A stretch of DNA of 35,637 nucleotides from a virus (IMGVR_UViG_3300016484_000704:1-35637), one strand, 5' to 3'. Positions 1 to 10,897 are shown, counted from the first letter of the stretch. Notes: generated from the letters alone by a model not told the origin. Numbers and translations are program-made.

Positions 1-1
1 A

Positions 2-127
2 TCTATTGAACAGGTAGATTCTCCCATTCCTGGACATTTTCCAGAATGTGGCTGGGACGGACTTGTAAAAACTATAGCCTCTTGTAAATGCTACTATCCA
101 GGCATGGATAGGGAATACGGAAGGTAG
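2..127 (+). CDS. 3' end of a small Cys/His protein truncated by the window edge
   Basis: Frame 2 reads SIEQVDSPIPGHFPECGWDGLVKTIASCKCYYPGMDREYGR*; its HxxxC...CxC spacing resembles the downstream family. Confidence 0.5.
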   Translation, partial: SIEQVDSPIPGHFPECGWDGLVKTIASCKCYYPGMDREYGR

Positions 128-259
128 ATAATAATTGAGACCATTGCTCTAATCATTCTATTTGGATTCCTATTTTTTAGGATTGTTATTCTGGATAGTC
201 GTATTACTCGTATTGAGAATTCTGTTTATCCCTCCCTGAGAAATAGGAAAAAGCCATGA
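128..259 (+). CDS. Small single-TM membrane protein with no ATG/GTG/TTG start (ATA start or TAG readthrough)
   Basis: IIIETIALIILFGFLFFRIVILDSRITRIENSVYPSLRNRKKP*; GGAAGG upstream; stop overlaps the next ATG (ATGA at 256-259). Confidence 0.4.
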   Translation: MIIETIALIILFGFLFFRIVILDSRITRIENSVYPSLRNRKKP

Positions 260-525
260 CTCACGACCCGCTGTGCCCACGATTCATGTATGACATGCCG
301 TGCCTATGCAACCTGATAAAGCGTGTGAGAATCAACGAAAGAGGCAGAACCGTGAAGTCGCCTAGCGTTGTCTGCCCTGAGTGCTTTGAGCACGTTGAGT
401 TGCGTATCGACTTAGTGCAGCATGCGGACGAGGAAGGTGACCTTTCGATACAGGTCAGCGTTGACCCGCAGCCCGTGTGGGATCACGCCGCCAAGCATGT
501 ATGGGATGGCGGTGCCGCTCCATGA
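256..525 (+). CDS. HDPLC-family Cys/His protein 1
   Basis: MTHDPLC...CLCNLIKRVRINER plus CPEC; AGGA upstream. Confidence 0.8.
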   Translation: MTHDPLCPRFMYDMPCLCNLIKRVRINERGRTVKSPSVVCPECFEHVELRIDLVQHADEEGDLSIQVSVDPQPVWDHAAKHVWDGGAAP

Positions 526-866
526 CCCACGACCCGCTGTGCCTGGCCCTAGATGACCAAGGCTTTAGCGTTGCCTATTTTGGTCCAGCCGGAAGTCACG
601 ATGACATTGACTGTCTTTGTTGCTACTTCATAGCCAAGGTAAGGGCTGACGAGCGAGCCAGACAGGACCGCGACGCATTTACTCACGTCAGGTTCGACGG
701 CCTTCGCATGGCGATGGGTAACTTCGACCCCTGCCCCAACTGTGCCAAGCGTCCGTGTGAGTGCAAGCCTGCCCCGTGCTGCGGGGTGCCTTGGAACCCG
801 CGTGACTTCACTAGCGGAAAGGACTGCTGGTGGTGCCAGCGTTCTACTCAGGAGATGAGCGAATGA
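522..866 (+). CDS. HDPLC-family protein 2
   Basis: ATGA overlap with the previous stop; MTHDPLC...CLCCYFIAKVRADER; Cys-rich C-terminus. Confidence 0.8.
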   Translation: MTHDPLCLALDDQGFSVAYFGPAGSHDDIDCLCCYFIAKVRADERARQDRDAFTHVRFDGLRMAMGNFDPCPNCAKRPCECKPAPCCGVPWNPRDFTSGKDCWWCQRSTQEMSE

Positions 867-1585
867 CTCACGACCCGCTGTGCGCCAGAACGCCCACGGA
901 GCGCAGTGTCGCGGATGATCTTCGACGCCTCACTGAATCCCTTCTGGAACTCGGACATGAGACCAGTGGTGGGTTTCTCGGAGGGGAACACGGCTATGGG
1001 GCATACTTCGAAAACGACGTCTTCATGATGCACCCGTACTGCTGGTGTGAACAAGATGACTGCGCCTGGTGTGATCCGTGTGTGTGCCCGGAAGGAGTCG
1101 AGACCTACCTGGTGGACGGCCTTGAGGTAGACACTGAGGTCGACATTGAGGCATGGGTCAACATCCCCAGGGAACGGCGCTCCATTCAGGTGAACAAGGA
1201 CCTGCAATGCGAACGTTGCCGTACTGACCGGCAACCTGCCCCCAACTTCCTACACAAATCGTCAGGCACCCAGGTTCACTGGTATAAGTACATCGGCCGG
1301 GGAATGGAGACCACTATTCACGGCAATTGGGACACGATCATCTCCGAATGCCTCTCCTCACTAGAAACCCCAGTAGACGAACCCCCCGCCCACGACCCGT
1401 TGTGCTACATGGCGGAAGGCAAATGGGACGGCGGCTGTCAATGTGGGCTCATCGCCAGAGTCAGGGCAGACGAGCGCAAGCAAGCAGAAGCAAGGGTGGA
1501 AACGCTGCGTAATTCTGCTGGCGTCATCACTATCTCTGCTGCTGCCGCCCTCGCTGCTGGCGACACTTGGACTTCTCAACTATGA
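863..1585 (+). CDS. HDPLC-family protein 3 (two HDPLC motifs)
   Basis: ATGA overlap; N-terminal MTHDPLC and internal HDPLC...CQCGLIARVRADER. Confidence 0.85.
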   Translation: MTHDPLCARTPTERSVADDLRRLTESLLELGHETSGGFLGGEHGYGAYFENDVFMMHPYCWCEQDDCAWCDPCVCPEGVETYLVDGLEVDTEVDIEAWVNIPRERRSIQVNKDLQCERCRTDRQPAPNFLHKSSGTQVHWYKYIGRGMETTIHGNWDTIISECLSSLETPVDEPPAHDPLCYMAEGKWDGGCQCGLIARVRADERKQAEARVETLRNSAGVITISAAAALAAGDTWTSQL

Positions 1586-1788
1586 CCCACGACCCGCTAT
1601 GCCTGCACGACGGGGGCGCATACCACGAACTGGGCGAGAACTCCTGCGCGTGCGACCTCATCGCCAAGGTTAGGGCTGATGAGCGGTCCCTCAAGGGGGC
1701 CTGTTGGCGAGAAGCAGAAGGATCACAGGTTCCTGCTGGTGCCATTCGCGTGTACCGCGAGGCTGGATGGTTCTGGGAGATGCCGTGA
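1582..1788 (+). CDS. HDPLC-family protein 4
   Basis: ATGA overlap; MTHDPLC...CACDLIAKVRADER. Confidence 0.8.
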   Translation: MTHDPLCLHDGGAYHELGENSCACDLIAKVRADERSLKGACWREAEGSQVPAGAIRVYREAGWFWEMP

Positions 1789-2063
1789 TCCACCACCAGC
1801 TGTGCCCGCAGCAGCCATACGACCCATGGCGTCCCTGCATCTGCGAGTTTCTTATTCTCGCCGAAGCGCGAGGATACGACACGGCAATAGCCGACATGAC
1901 CAGAAACGATCACGGCAGGGAAAAACAAACAGAGCATGACCCGCTATGCCCGGACTATGAAGTTCAACCATGCGGAGACAAAAACTGCCAAGTCTGCTAC
2001 GCCTGCGAATGTGATCTAATCGCCAACGTACGAGAAGACGAAAGAAAAAAGTTAAACGCCTAG
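1785..2063 (+). CDS. HDPLC-family protein 5 (two modules)
   Basis: GTGA overlap; HHQLC...CICEFL and HDPLC...CECDLIANVREDER. Confidence 0.75.
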   Translation: MIHHQLCPQQPYDPWRPCICEFLILAEARGYDTAIADMTRNDHGREKQTEHDPLCPDYEVQPCGDKNCQVCYACECDLIANVREDERKKLNA

Positions 2064-2094
2064 GTAGCCCAAGTACTCCGGAAAGGACCGCGCA

Positions 2095-2376
2095 ATGATA
2101 CACGACAAGCTCTGCCCAGCGCAAGAGTGCGAATCATCATTTGCATCGTGCAATAGCTGTGACCCGGCGTACGAAAACTGCCGATGCGTGTGCGACCTTC
2201 TTCAACAAGCTCGCTACGACGAAGCAGAACAAATTGCCGCGCGCATTAACGCCTACGCCAATAAGCATCACGAACCACACGATCCGCGATACGCGTGCAT
2301 ACGCTGCGACATCACCGCAGCATACCGACTAGCCGCCAAGATGGCCGGAAAGGTCAACCGTGGAACAGTCCCATGA
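2095..2376 (+). CDS. HDPLC-family protein 6
   Basis: AAAGGA RBS; MIHDKLC...CVCDLLQQARYDE. Confidence 0.8.
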   Translation: MIHDKLCPAQECESSFASCNSCDPAYENCRCVCDLLQQARYDEAEQIAARINAYANKHHEPHDPRYACIRCDITAAYRLAAKMAGKVNRGTVP

Positions 2377-2632
2377 CGAGCTCTGCACGTACGAGCCAAT
2401 CAAATGGCACGGGTGGATGCCAGACGAATACACAGGCAACACGCCATGCACATGTAAAACGATCACCGCGATCCGCGACAACACGTATGACAAGGCGCTC
2501 GAGGCCGTCGACTCAATGAAAATGGTGACAGAGAACGGCGAACTCGACGAGCGCGCGACGTCATGGAACTCTGCAATCGACATCGCGTGCTGGGCAATCA
2601 CCGAGATGAAGCGAAACGGAGAACTGCCATGA
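2360..2632 (+). CDS. HDPLC-family protein 7
   Basis: HDELC...CTCKTITAIR; GAAAGG upstream of the GTG. Confidence 0.75.
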   Translation: MEQSHDELCTYEPIKWHGWMPDEYTGNTPCTCKTITAIRDNTYDKALEAVDSMKMVTENGELDERATSWNSAIDIACWAITEMKRNGELP

Positions 2633-2952
2633 GCGCAGAGCACGACACGCTATGCTCACTCGCCAACGGTTGCACATGCCACTGGATCAAGCCGCCGCGA
2701 GCCTGTGACGAATGCAACTGCACGTGCGAAATTGTCGAAGCCGCTCGACAGGACGAGCGCGACAAGTACACGCCGCCGTGGCTCGACGAACAATTCTTCC
2801 TTGGTTACCAGAAAGGCAGACTTGACGCCGCCCGTGCAATCGACAAGTTCTTTGAGCACACAGACAAAGCTGACGAAAATACGAGAAGGACACTACGCCG
2901 AACCGCGCTCGGGTCACGCAGCGACCAGCCACTCAGCAAAGACGGCAGGTAA
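2629..2952 (+). CDS. HDPLC-family protein 8
   Basis: ATGA overlap; HDTLC...CTCEIVEAARQDER. Confidence 0.75.
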   Translation: MSAEHDTLCSLANGCTCHWIKPPRACDECNCTCEIVEAARQDERDKYTPPWLDEQFFLGYQKGRLDAARAIDKFFEHTDKADENTRRTLRRTALGSRSDQPLSKDGR

Positions 2953-2956
2953 GAAA

Positions 2957-3223
2957 ATGAGAGACTACCTCGAAATACCAATCGACTACGAAGGCTACGA
3001 CGACACAGTACGTGACGTGTGGGTAACACTACACAGCGGCAAGGACAAGGACCAGCGCTGGCACGTTCTACACGACACCCAGCACGCGATCCGAGCAGAC
3101 GGGCTCTGGCAAATCACGTACAAAATCGCCGAGAGAATCAACGCCACCGCGTACATTCCAACCGACGAGGTCGCGTACATCAGTGTTGTTGAAAAAGCGC
3201 GAAACGATCACCGCGATGTATGA
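2957..3223 (+). CDS. Hypothetical protein
   Basis: ATG 4 nt after the previous stop; MRDYLEIPID... Confidence 0.65.
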   Translation: MRDYLEIPIDYEGYDDTVRDVWVTLHSGKDKDQRWHVLHDTQHAIRADGLWQITYKIAERINATAYIPTDEVAYISVVEKARNDHRDV

Positions 3224-3860
3224 CGACGAACCCTGCATCGGAAGCGTCGTCGTCTTCAGCGACGTGGCAGGCTATCTGTACAGTGCACGACGAACATACA
3301 CAGGGTGGATATGGAACCCGCCCGCCGCGAATGCTGAAAAAGCATTCCCGTGGGACGACATCTGCATGCCAGGACTTAGCATCGAAGCAGTAATCTCACC
3401 GCCAGCACACGCGTCAGATGAACTTGTCTCGCACGGACGACCGATGCTTAAAACAAAGAAGCGCCCCGCCAAAGGTAAAAAAGCACCGAAACCAGCGCTA
3501 GCCAAGGCAGCTCCAAGAATAAGTCCAGAGTCGCCAGTCTACTTTGAGTCACCAGACGAGCTCGGTGTCAACATCGCGGTACTCGCGGGAGGGCGCACGC
3601 TAACCGGGGTGCACTCACCAGAGCGATGCGCCGGCGACACGTGCGCCATTCACGCCGTTACTCGACACCCGCTATCGGAGTGGCCACAGGAATTTGACCC
3701 AGCCACGCACAGCATATCGCGAGTGTGCGAACACGGCATAATGCACCCAGACCCTGACGAGGCGCCATGGCGTCGCGCAATCGGGCGAAGCGAGGCGCAC
3801 GACTGCGACGGATGCTGCAAAGAGCAATACATGCTCGACGCCATGAAAGGCTGGACGTGA
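3216..3860 (+). CDS. Phage protein with a C-terminal His/Cys metal-binding domain
   Basis: H..C.G..C.IH...H...WP...RVCEHG..HPDPD...HDCDGCC pattern; Lys/Pro-rich linker. Confidence 0.75.
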   Translation: MYDDEPCIGSVVVFSDVAGYLYSARRTYTGWIWNPPAANAEKAFPWDDICMPGLSIEAVISPPAHASDELVSHGRPMLKTKKRPAKGKKAPKPALAKAAPRISPESPVYFESPDELGVNIAVLAGGRTLTGVHSPERCAGDTCAIHAVTRHPLSEWPQEFDPATHSISRVCEHGIMHPDPDEAPWRRAIGRSEAHDCDGCCKEQYMLDAMKGWT

Positions 3861-3988
3861 TGGTTATCGTCGCTACGATGTCGGTAATAATGTTCCTGCT
3901 GCTGTGCTACTTTGTCTGGGCATCCGAATATGGTTACCGCAAGAAGCACACCTGCGAGATCCACTCCGAGGACGGTGACACGCCATGA
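3857..3988 (+). CDS. Small membrane protein
   Basis: GTGA overlap; hydrophobic stretch VIVATMSVIMFLLLCYFVW. Confidence 0.55.
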   Translation: MMVIVATMSVIMFLLLCYFVWASEYGYRKKHTCEIHSEDGDTP

Positions 3989-4224
3989 GCGCTCCCGAAT
4001 TTGACGACATCAACGACAAGGTCGTCGCGGGCATCGCGGAACAACTCATGCAAAAATACGGGTACGACCGCGACGAATGGCCGCTCGAATGGGATCTAAC
4101 AGACCCGTACAGCCAGCTCTCCGCGTGGACCGAAAGCACACGCGACGTGATCACCGCGATTCAGAAACTCGATCGCGAAACACTCGAGGAATGGGTAGAA
4201 GCCCTACAAGGAAGCGAAGCATAA
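3985..4224 (+). CDS. Hypothetical protein
   Basis: ATGA-coupled acidic 79 aa ORF. Confidence 0.7.
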   Translation: MSAPEFDDINDKVVAGIAEQLMQKYGYDRDEWPLEWDLTDPYSQLSAWTESTRDVITAIQKLDRETLEEWVEALQGSEA

Positions 4225-4322
4225 TACACGGGTTTCATTACCGCGAAAATATAATGCTATATGGCACAATGCCACCGCGCTTTCCCGTAGACGACGCCGT
4301 CGGGTAGATATACCATTAGCCC

Positions 4323-4679
4323 ATGCAGGCGCCGGGTATTCTCAACATCACCATCTACCAAGGTGCGTCGTGGGACCTTGCGCTAACCTGGAAGACTGGT
4401 GACCCGGCGACGCTGGTCAACTTGACAGGCTACACCGCGAGAATGCAGATCCGTTCAAAGACTCCCGAAGGAGCTGTCGCCGAGGCACTCACCACCGCGA
4501 ACGGGAAAATCACGCTCGGCGGAGCATTAGGCACCATAACCATGACACTCAACGCCGCGGACACCGCCGCGATCAACGCCGGGCGATACGTCTATGACCT
4601 TGAACTTGTGAGCAGCAGCGGATACGTCACTCGACTCGTCGAGGGGCAGTGCACCGTGTCACCTGAGGTAACACGATGA
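4323..4679 (+). CDS. Virion-associated beta-sandwich protein (LtfC/BppU-like, fibre adaptor)
   Basis: [10 protein letters not shown]...[13 protein letters not shown]...YVYDLEL...TRLVEG...VSPEVTR pattern typical of phage proteins preceding fibre genes. Confidence 0.75.
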   Translation: MQAPGILNITIYQGASWDLALTWKTGDPATLVNLTGYTARMQIRSKTPEGAVAEALTTANGKITLGGALGTITMTLNAADTAAINAGRYVYDLELVSSSGYVTRLVEGQCTVSPEVTR

Positions 4680-5014
4680 GCGACGTTGACGTCGACGTTG
4701 TTCCAACACCGCGCGCCCAAGTAATTGTCACGTCACCAACAGCGGCGACCATCATTGTCTCCAACCTTGGGGTGCAGGGGATTCAAGGGCCGACAGGGGC
4801 AACAGGTCCGACGGGGCCAGGGGTTACAGGACCAACCGGGCCTACGGGACCGACAGGGCCTGCAGGTTTTCGCGGCTTCAAAGGCGACACTGGTCCAACT
4901 GGTCCGACCGGTCCGCCAGCGAGCATTAACGGCGCAAATGGAACATTCACGTCGTCAGACGGAAAAATAATCACCGTCACTGCAGGAATCATTAGCAACA
5001 TCGCGGACCTATAA
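4676..5014 (+). CDS. Short collagen-like protein
   Basis: Gly-X-Y (GPT/GAT) repeats; C-terminal [18 protein letters not shown] motif. Confidence 0.8.
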   Translation: MSDVDVDVVPTPRAQVIVTSPTAATIIVSNLGVQGIQGPTGATGPTGPGVTGPTGPTGPTGPAGFRGFKGDTGPTGPTGPPASINGANGTFTSSDGKIITVTAGIISNIADL

Positions 5015-5084
5015 ATCTCCACGCACACGGCGATACAATCACAACGAAACACCGTCACCGCGCGTAAGGAACGAGGCAACAACC

Positions 5085-6883
<1,799 letters not shown>

Positions 6884-6887
<4 letters not shown>

Positions 6888-7087
6888 TGCGGTACAAAGT
6901 CGTTGTAATCGTGGTTCCCATGTCGGACACTCTGCGGTCCGTGATGATTGACCGTGGAAATGAGGAGTTTACGTCTTTTCCTGCGACTGTCGGGAATCCG
7001 GTTTATGACTCGTTTCTAGCGTCGCAGTCGCTTACAGATGCCGAGGTGCAGGCGATGGATCCGGACGTCTGGCATGACATGGCCTAG
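6884..7087 (+). CDS. Small protein coupled to the fibre gene (possible fibre chaperone)
   Basis: GTGA overlap; SFP...GNP.Y..FL motif; position directly after the fibre. Confidence 0.6.
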
Positions 7088-7161
7088 GCACTAACCGCAG
7101 CGTTAGGGACAGGGCGTGTCGGCCCGGCCTACCAGTCGCCCCACGCTGGGAGAATAGGCAC

Positions 7162-7341
7162 ATGGCGCAAATGATCCGCTTCACCAAGGCTCAACTACTT
7201 GAGCGGAACCGTGACGCCTTAGAGCGGTGCGGCCTGACTGAGCAGGAACTTGACGCCAAGGTGCGGGGCCGAGAGCCGCTGACCGACCGTGAAGCGCAAG
7301 CGGTCGAGGTGCTGCGAGAGGCCGCCTACCTACTGTCGTGA
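7162..7341 (+). CDS. Small helical hypothetical protein (59 aa)
   Basis: MAQMIRFTKAQLLERNRDALERCGLTEQEL...AAYLLS*; GGGAGA upstream. Confidence 0.6.
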   Translation: MAQMIRFTKAQLLERNRDALERCGLTEQELDAKVRGREPLTDREAQAVEVLREAAYLLS

Positions 7342-7548
7342 AATGTCACGTTAGTGACAATTACATAGCATGTGAAAGCAAGCAAGCAAGCAAGATGAAG
7401 GAAGAAGGCCATGCGTGACCTTTTATCAGCTAGTATTGACTCCGCGTGGATACGCGCTTACACCATACATAACTATCTACGCCAATATGCTCGAAATCAA
7501 CCTACACGGCGCCAACAAGAAATCGAACCAGCGCAGCCAACCGTAGAC

Positions 7549-7707
7549 ATGAGCACGGTCGAAACCCAGTGGCAATGCCCGGACTGCGACGTTCAATGGG
7601 TCGCGCGCGCCGACGGCAACACGTGCTGGATCTGCGCCAAGCCAGGCGTACAAAAAATCTGGCTACAAATCGTCCAACGACACTCGAGCACGAGCTCGGG
7701 CACGTAG
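7549..7707 (+). CDS. Small zinc-ribbon protein (start uncertain; frame open from 7411)
   Basis: WQCPDC...CWIC. Confidence 0.45.
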   Translation: MSTVETQWQCPDCDVQWVARADGNTCWICAKPGVQKIWLQIVQRHSSTSSGT

Positions 7708-7712
7708 CCTAG

Positions 7713-7988
7713 TCAGTCGTCAACTGCGCCAAACCCGCCATCATCATCCAGCGGGCGCTCACGAAGCCTCTCCTCGACGTCCACGTACGTTGGGTCCGTC
7801 GACTCCGTGTAACGACAAATAATCACCGCGAAACGCAACCCCTCACGAAACCAGCGCGCCTCCTGCGCAGACTCAGGAGTCTCAGTGCGCTGACTAGCCG
7901 CGATCGCATCTTCGAGCTGTTCCGCAATAAACGCGCGCCAATAACGCTCATACTCGCGCTCAATCGACTCGAAACTAAAATCCGTCAC
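7713..7988 (-). CDS. Hypothetical protein, the only well-supported minus-strand gene
   Basis: GTG at 7988 lies 6 nt after TATGAT; MTDFSFESIEREYERYWRAFIAEQL...; fills the gap between + genes. Confidence 0.6.
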   Translation of the reverse strand: MTDFSFESIEREYERYWRAFIAEQLEDAIAASQRTETPESAQEARWFREGLRFAVIICRYTESTDPTYVDVEERLRERPLDDDGGFGAVDD

Positions 7989-8023
7989 TCGACAATCATA
8001 ACCCTCCGAAATACAATTCATAA

Positions 8024-8770
8024 ATGATCTGGGAGTGGAAAACATCCGCCGGCGAACGCAACTATGGCGACGCCCTATGGGAACTCGTCGGCGCATCCAA
8101 TGACAAGCTCCTCGAGTCATACGCCCGCGACAACGTGCGCGCACACTGCCTGATCGGAAGCTACATCGACAACACCGTCATCGACGAAATCCTGAACACC
8201 GGACACACGCCCGTCTTCCACAACTGTGGCTGGCGCGGAAACGAACTCGACCCGGAACTCGTCGCGCGATCCATCATCATGGGGTGCCGAGGACCAGCAA
8301 CACAACGCGCACTCCGCCGCGCCGGCAAAAACATCTTCGTCACCGCAGACCCCGGGCGATACGTACCACTCGTCATCAAAAAACCCAAACCACAACGCAA
8401 CGCCCAAACCATACTCGTCCCGCACATACTCGACCCTCGCCGCGACACGCACCGCGCGGAAAACGCCGGAGTCGACACGGTCATATCACCAGCCGTGCAA
8501 ACACGCCAGGACGTCATCGCGCTCACACAAAAAATCGCCACCGCGGAGTTCGTCCTCGCCGGAGCACTACACGCCGCCATCATCGCGCACGCGTACAACG
8601 TGCCCTTCGCGTTCTACAACGGTGGAACCAGCAGAAACATCGACTGCCCCGCCAAGTGGGACGACTGGCTCGAATGGCTCGGAATCGACACCGCGCAACA
8701 AAACCACTGGGCACATAGCTGGGATGGAATCAACTGGTGGGAAAAACACAGGCACGTCATGAACCGATAG
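8024..8770 (+). CDS. Polysaccharide pyruvyl transferase family (ExoV-like) protein
   Basis: NYGDAL, IGSYI, GCRGP, DPG, LVPH and LHAAIIAHAYNVP motifs. Confidence 0.8.
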   Translation: MIWEWKTSAGERNYGDALWELVGASNDKLLESYARDNVRAHCLIGSYIDNTVIDEILNTGHTPVFHNCGWRGNELDPELVARSIIMGCRGPATQRALRRAGKNIFVTADPGRYVPLVIKKPKPQRNAQTILVPHILDPRRDTHRAENAGVDTVISPAVQTRQDVIALTQKIATAEFVLAGALHAAIIAHAYNVPFAFYNGGTSRNIDCPAKWDDWLEWLGIDTAQQNHWAHSWDGINWWEKHRHVMNR

Positions 8771-8779
8771 GATGACCAC

Positions 8780-9574
8780 GTGCTCACAAACCAGGACAAC
8801 GGAATACCCTCCAGCATCAAAGGCGCCATCAATGTGTACGCGCCTAAAGACGAGTACACCTGCGTGCACTGGCGACGCTACGCGCGAAGCCTGCACGTCG
8901 CACTCGACAAGCTACACGGGACAACGTCACGCGTCCTCGAAATCGGGACAAGCACAACCATTCCACTCGTACTCGGCGCACTCGCGCCAGGCGTTGACGT
9001 CGAGGTCACGCAATTAAATGGGGACCAACTCGTCAAAACAGACCACGTGCTCACCGGAGCAGACGGCACAACGAGAACCGTGTGCGCGTACACCGCGGAC
9101 CTCGAGTTCGAACGACTCACGTGCGAGAAAAACCGATTCGACATGGTGCTCTGCCTCGAGGTACTCGAACACATGGAGGTCGACCCGATGGCGCTCCTTG
9201 ACGAAATCAATCGCGTACTCAAACCCGGCGGGACACTCCTGCTCACAACACCAAACATCGCGTCATCACGAGGAATCACCAAGATCCTCGCCGGACGCGA
9301 CCCGTACTTCTACATGCAATACCAGCCGGGCGCGAGCTATCACCGACACAACTACGAGTACTCCGTCTGGTCACTCCGCCTCTTACTCGAGGCCGCCGGA
9401 TTCACCGGAGACATCTGGACCGAGGACACGTGGGAGGACCCGGCAACGAATACGCTCAACACGCTCGCCGCCGCGGGTTACAAGCTCACCGACACCGGTG
9501 ACAACATCTTCGCACTCGTCACCAAAACCGGACCCGTCACAAACCGCTACCCGTCGCCGATCTACGATGCCTAG
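8780..9574 (+). CDS. Class I SAM-dependent methyltransferase
   Basis: VLEIGTS (motif I), FDMVLCLEVLEH, RVLKPGGTLLLTTPN. Confidence 0.9.
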   Translation: MLTNQDNGIPSSIKGAINVYAPKDEYTCVHWRRYARSLHVALDKLHGTTSRVLEIGTSTTIPLVLGALAPGVDVEVTQLNGDQLVKTDHVLTGADGTTRTVCAYTADLEFERLTCEKNRFDMVLCLEVLEHMEVDPMALLDEINRVLKPGGTLLLTTPNIASSRGITKILAGRDPYFYMQYQPGASYHRHNYEYSVWSLRLLLEAAGFTGDIWTEDTWEDPATNTLNTLAAAGYKLTDTGDNIFALVTKTGPVTNRYPSPIYDA

Positions 9575-10616
9575 CATCTGGACCGGAGCGACAACGCTAG
9601 AGAAAAAAGGCGAACCAGCACTCTGGTCCAAGTTCGGTGGGCACGTCGCCCGCATGGAACGCTACATCAACGCGAAGGACGTTGAATGGTCCGCGTTCAA
9701 CCCGTCGCTATGCGTCGCCGAAAACGGAGACACGCTCGTCGCGGTGCGTTCCAGCAACTATGTCATTCTCGAGCACGGCGAACTACACGTGTCAACCGGC
9801 GGTCCAATCCGCAACCGCGTGTACGTCGCGGACATCGAACACGCGGCGGGCAAAAAACTCGCGCAGGATAAATGGTCACTGCGCAACTATCGCCGCGTGT
9901 CCTTTGACGACGTTGCGCGCGAAACCGGGTTAAAAGTCGAGCGCGGAATCGAGGACGCGAAACTCTACCGCCGCGACGGCGAATGGATGATGACCGGTGT
10001 ACTACTCGAACGCGGGCACACACCCGTCGCGCGTCAGGTCACGTGCCAGCTCGAAATCCGAGCACGCAGCGCACGGGCGGTCACAATGGAAAAGCACCCG
10101 GGCGCACTGAGCGTCAAGCCAGAAAAGAACTGGATGACGGGAATGTACGAGAACTCGAAGCAGTTCGACTTCATCTACGGGCCGTACTCCGTCATCCGCT
10201 CGGGCGAGCTGATCACCGCGCTCGGGTACGATGACGACTGGACACTCGGCCTTCGAGGAAACACGCACCTACTCCCCTGGACGGAGGTGGAGGCGGGAGA
10301 AAAGGGTAGAGGCGGGTACCTTGGAGTCATGCACCGGCTCCTAACCAAGCGCGGGAAAATGTGGGACAGCCGCCGCTTCGGAAACGTCGAGTTCTGCCAC
10401 AAGGACTATCACTACTTTCTCGTGCGCTTCGACGAGCGCGGGGGAATCACCGCGATTAGCGAACCATTCCAATTCGCCGGGTACGGAATCGAGTTCGCCG
10501 CCGGACTAGGAATCGTCAACGGGAACCTGGTCGTGACACTCGGGAGAGGCGACATCGAGGCATGGATCGCGTGGATACCCGTCAACAAGGTGGCACGCCT
10601 GCTTCGCGCCGTCTAG
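9567..10616 (+). CDS. GH130/GH43-like five-bladed beta-propeller glycoside hydrolase or phosphorylase
   Basis: FNPS, GIEDAKL, EKNWM, LRG, IEFAAGL and LVVTLG..D motifs; ATG at 9567 overlaps the methyltransferase end. Confidence 0.75.
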   Translation: MPSIWTGATTLEKKGEPALWSKFGGHVARMERYINAKDVEWSAFNPSLCVAENGDTLVAVRSSNYVILEHGELHVSTGGPIRNRVYVADIEHAAGKKLAQDKWSLRNYRRVSFDDVARETGLKVERGIEDAKLYRRDGEWMMTGVLLERGHTPVARQVTCQLEIRARSARAVTMEKHPGALSVKPEKNWMTGMYENSKQFDFIYGPYSVIRSGELITALGYDDDWTLGLRGNTHLLPWTEVEAGEKGRGGYLGVMHRLLTKRGKMWDSRRFGNVEFCHKDYHYFLVRFDERGGITAISEPFQFAGYGIEFAAGLGIVNGNLVVTLGRGDIEAWIAWIPVNKVARLLRAV

Positions 10617-10633
10617 AATGATATAATGAGCGG

Positions 10634-10897
10634 GTGGCTATTGAGTCGAGCGAGACGCGCCGATGCGACACGTGCGCGCGTGAACTCGAACTCGTCTACC
10701 CGGACGGATCACCCGAGGCGCGCGTATATCAATATGCAGACGCCGCCTGGGTGGAGGTGCATGGAGGCTACGGGATGGCGGTCGACAACATTGAACGCCA
10801 ACTCGCCGGAGAGCCAGACGTGCGAATACTACTGTGCGCGAGCTGCCTTGGGTCAGCCATGTCACATCTCGGGCTCCTGGACCGTCTTCATGAATAA
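10634..10897 (+). CDS. Small zinc-binding hypothetical protein
   Basis: CDTC...GGYG...LCASC; TATAAT 6 nt upstream of the GTG. Confidence 0.7.
   Translation: MAIESSETRRCDTCARELELVYPDGSPEARVYQYADAAWVEVHGGYGMAVDNIERQLAGEPDVRILLCASCLGSAMSHLGLLDRLHE

Noticed and set aside
256-2952. Diversity-generating retroelement behind the HDPLC variability
   Set aside because: No reverse transcriptase, and no template/variable repeat pair differing only at adenines; the variation is mainly in length
9018-9566. N-terminal 183-aa extension of the 532-aa ORF
   Set aside because: It overlaps the methyltransferase in another frame and is low-complexity S/T/R; the real start is probably ATG 9567
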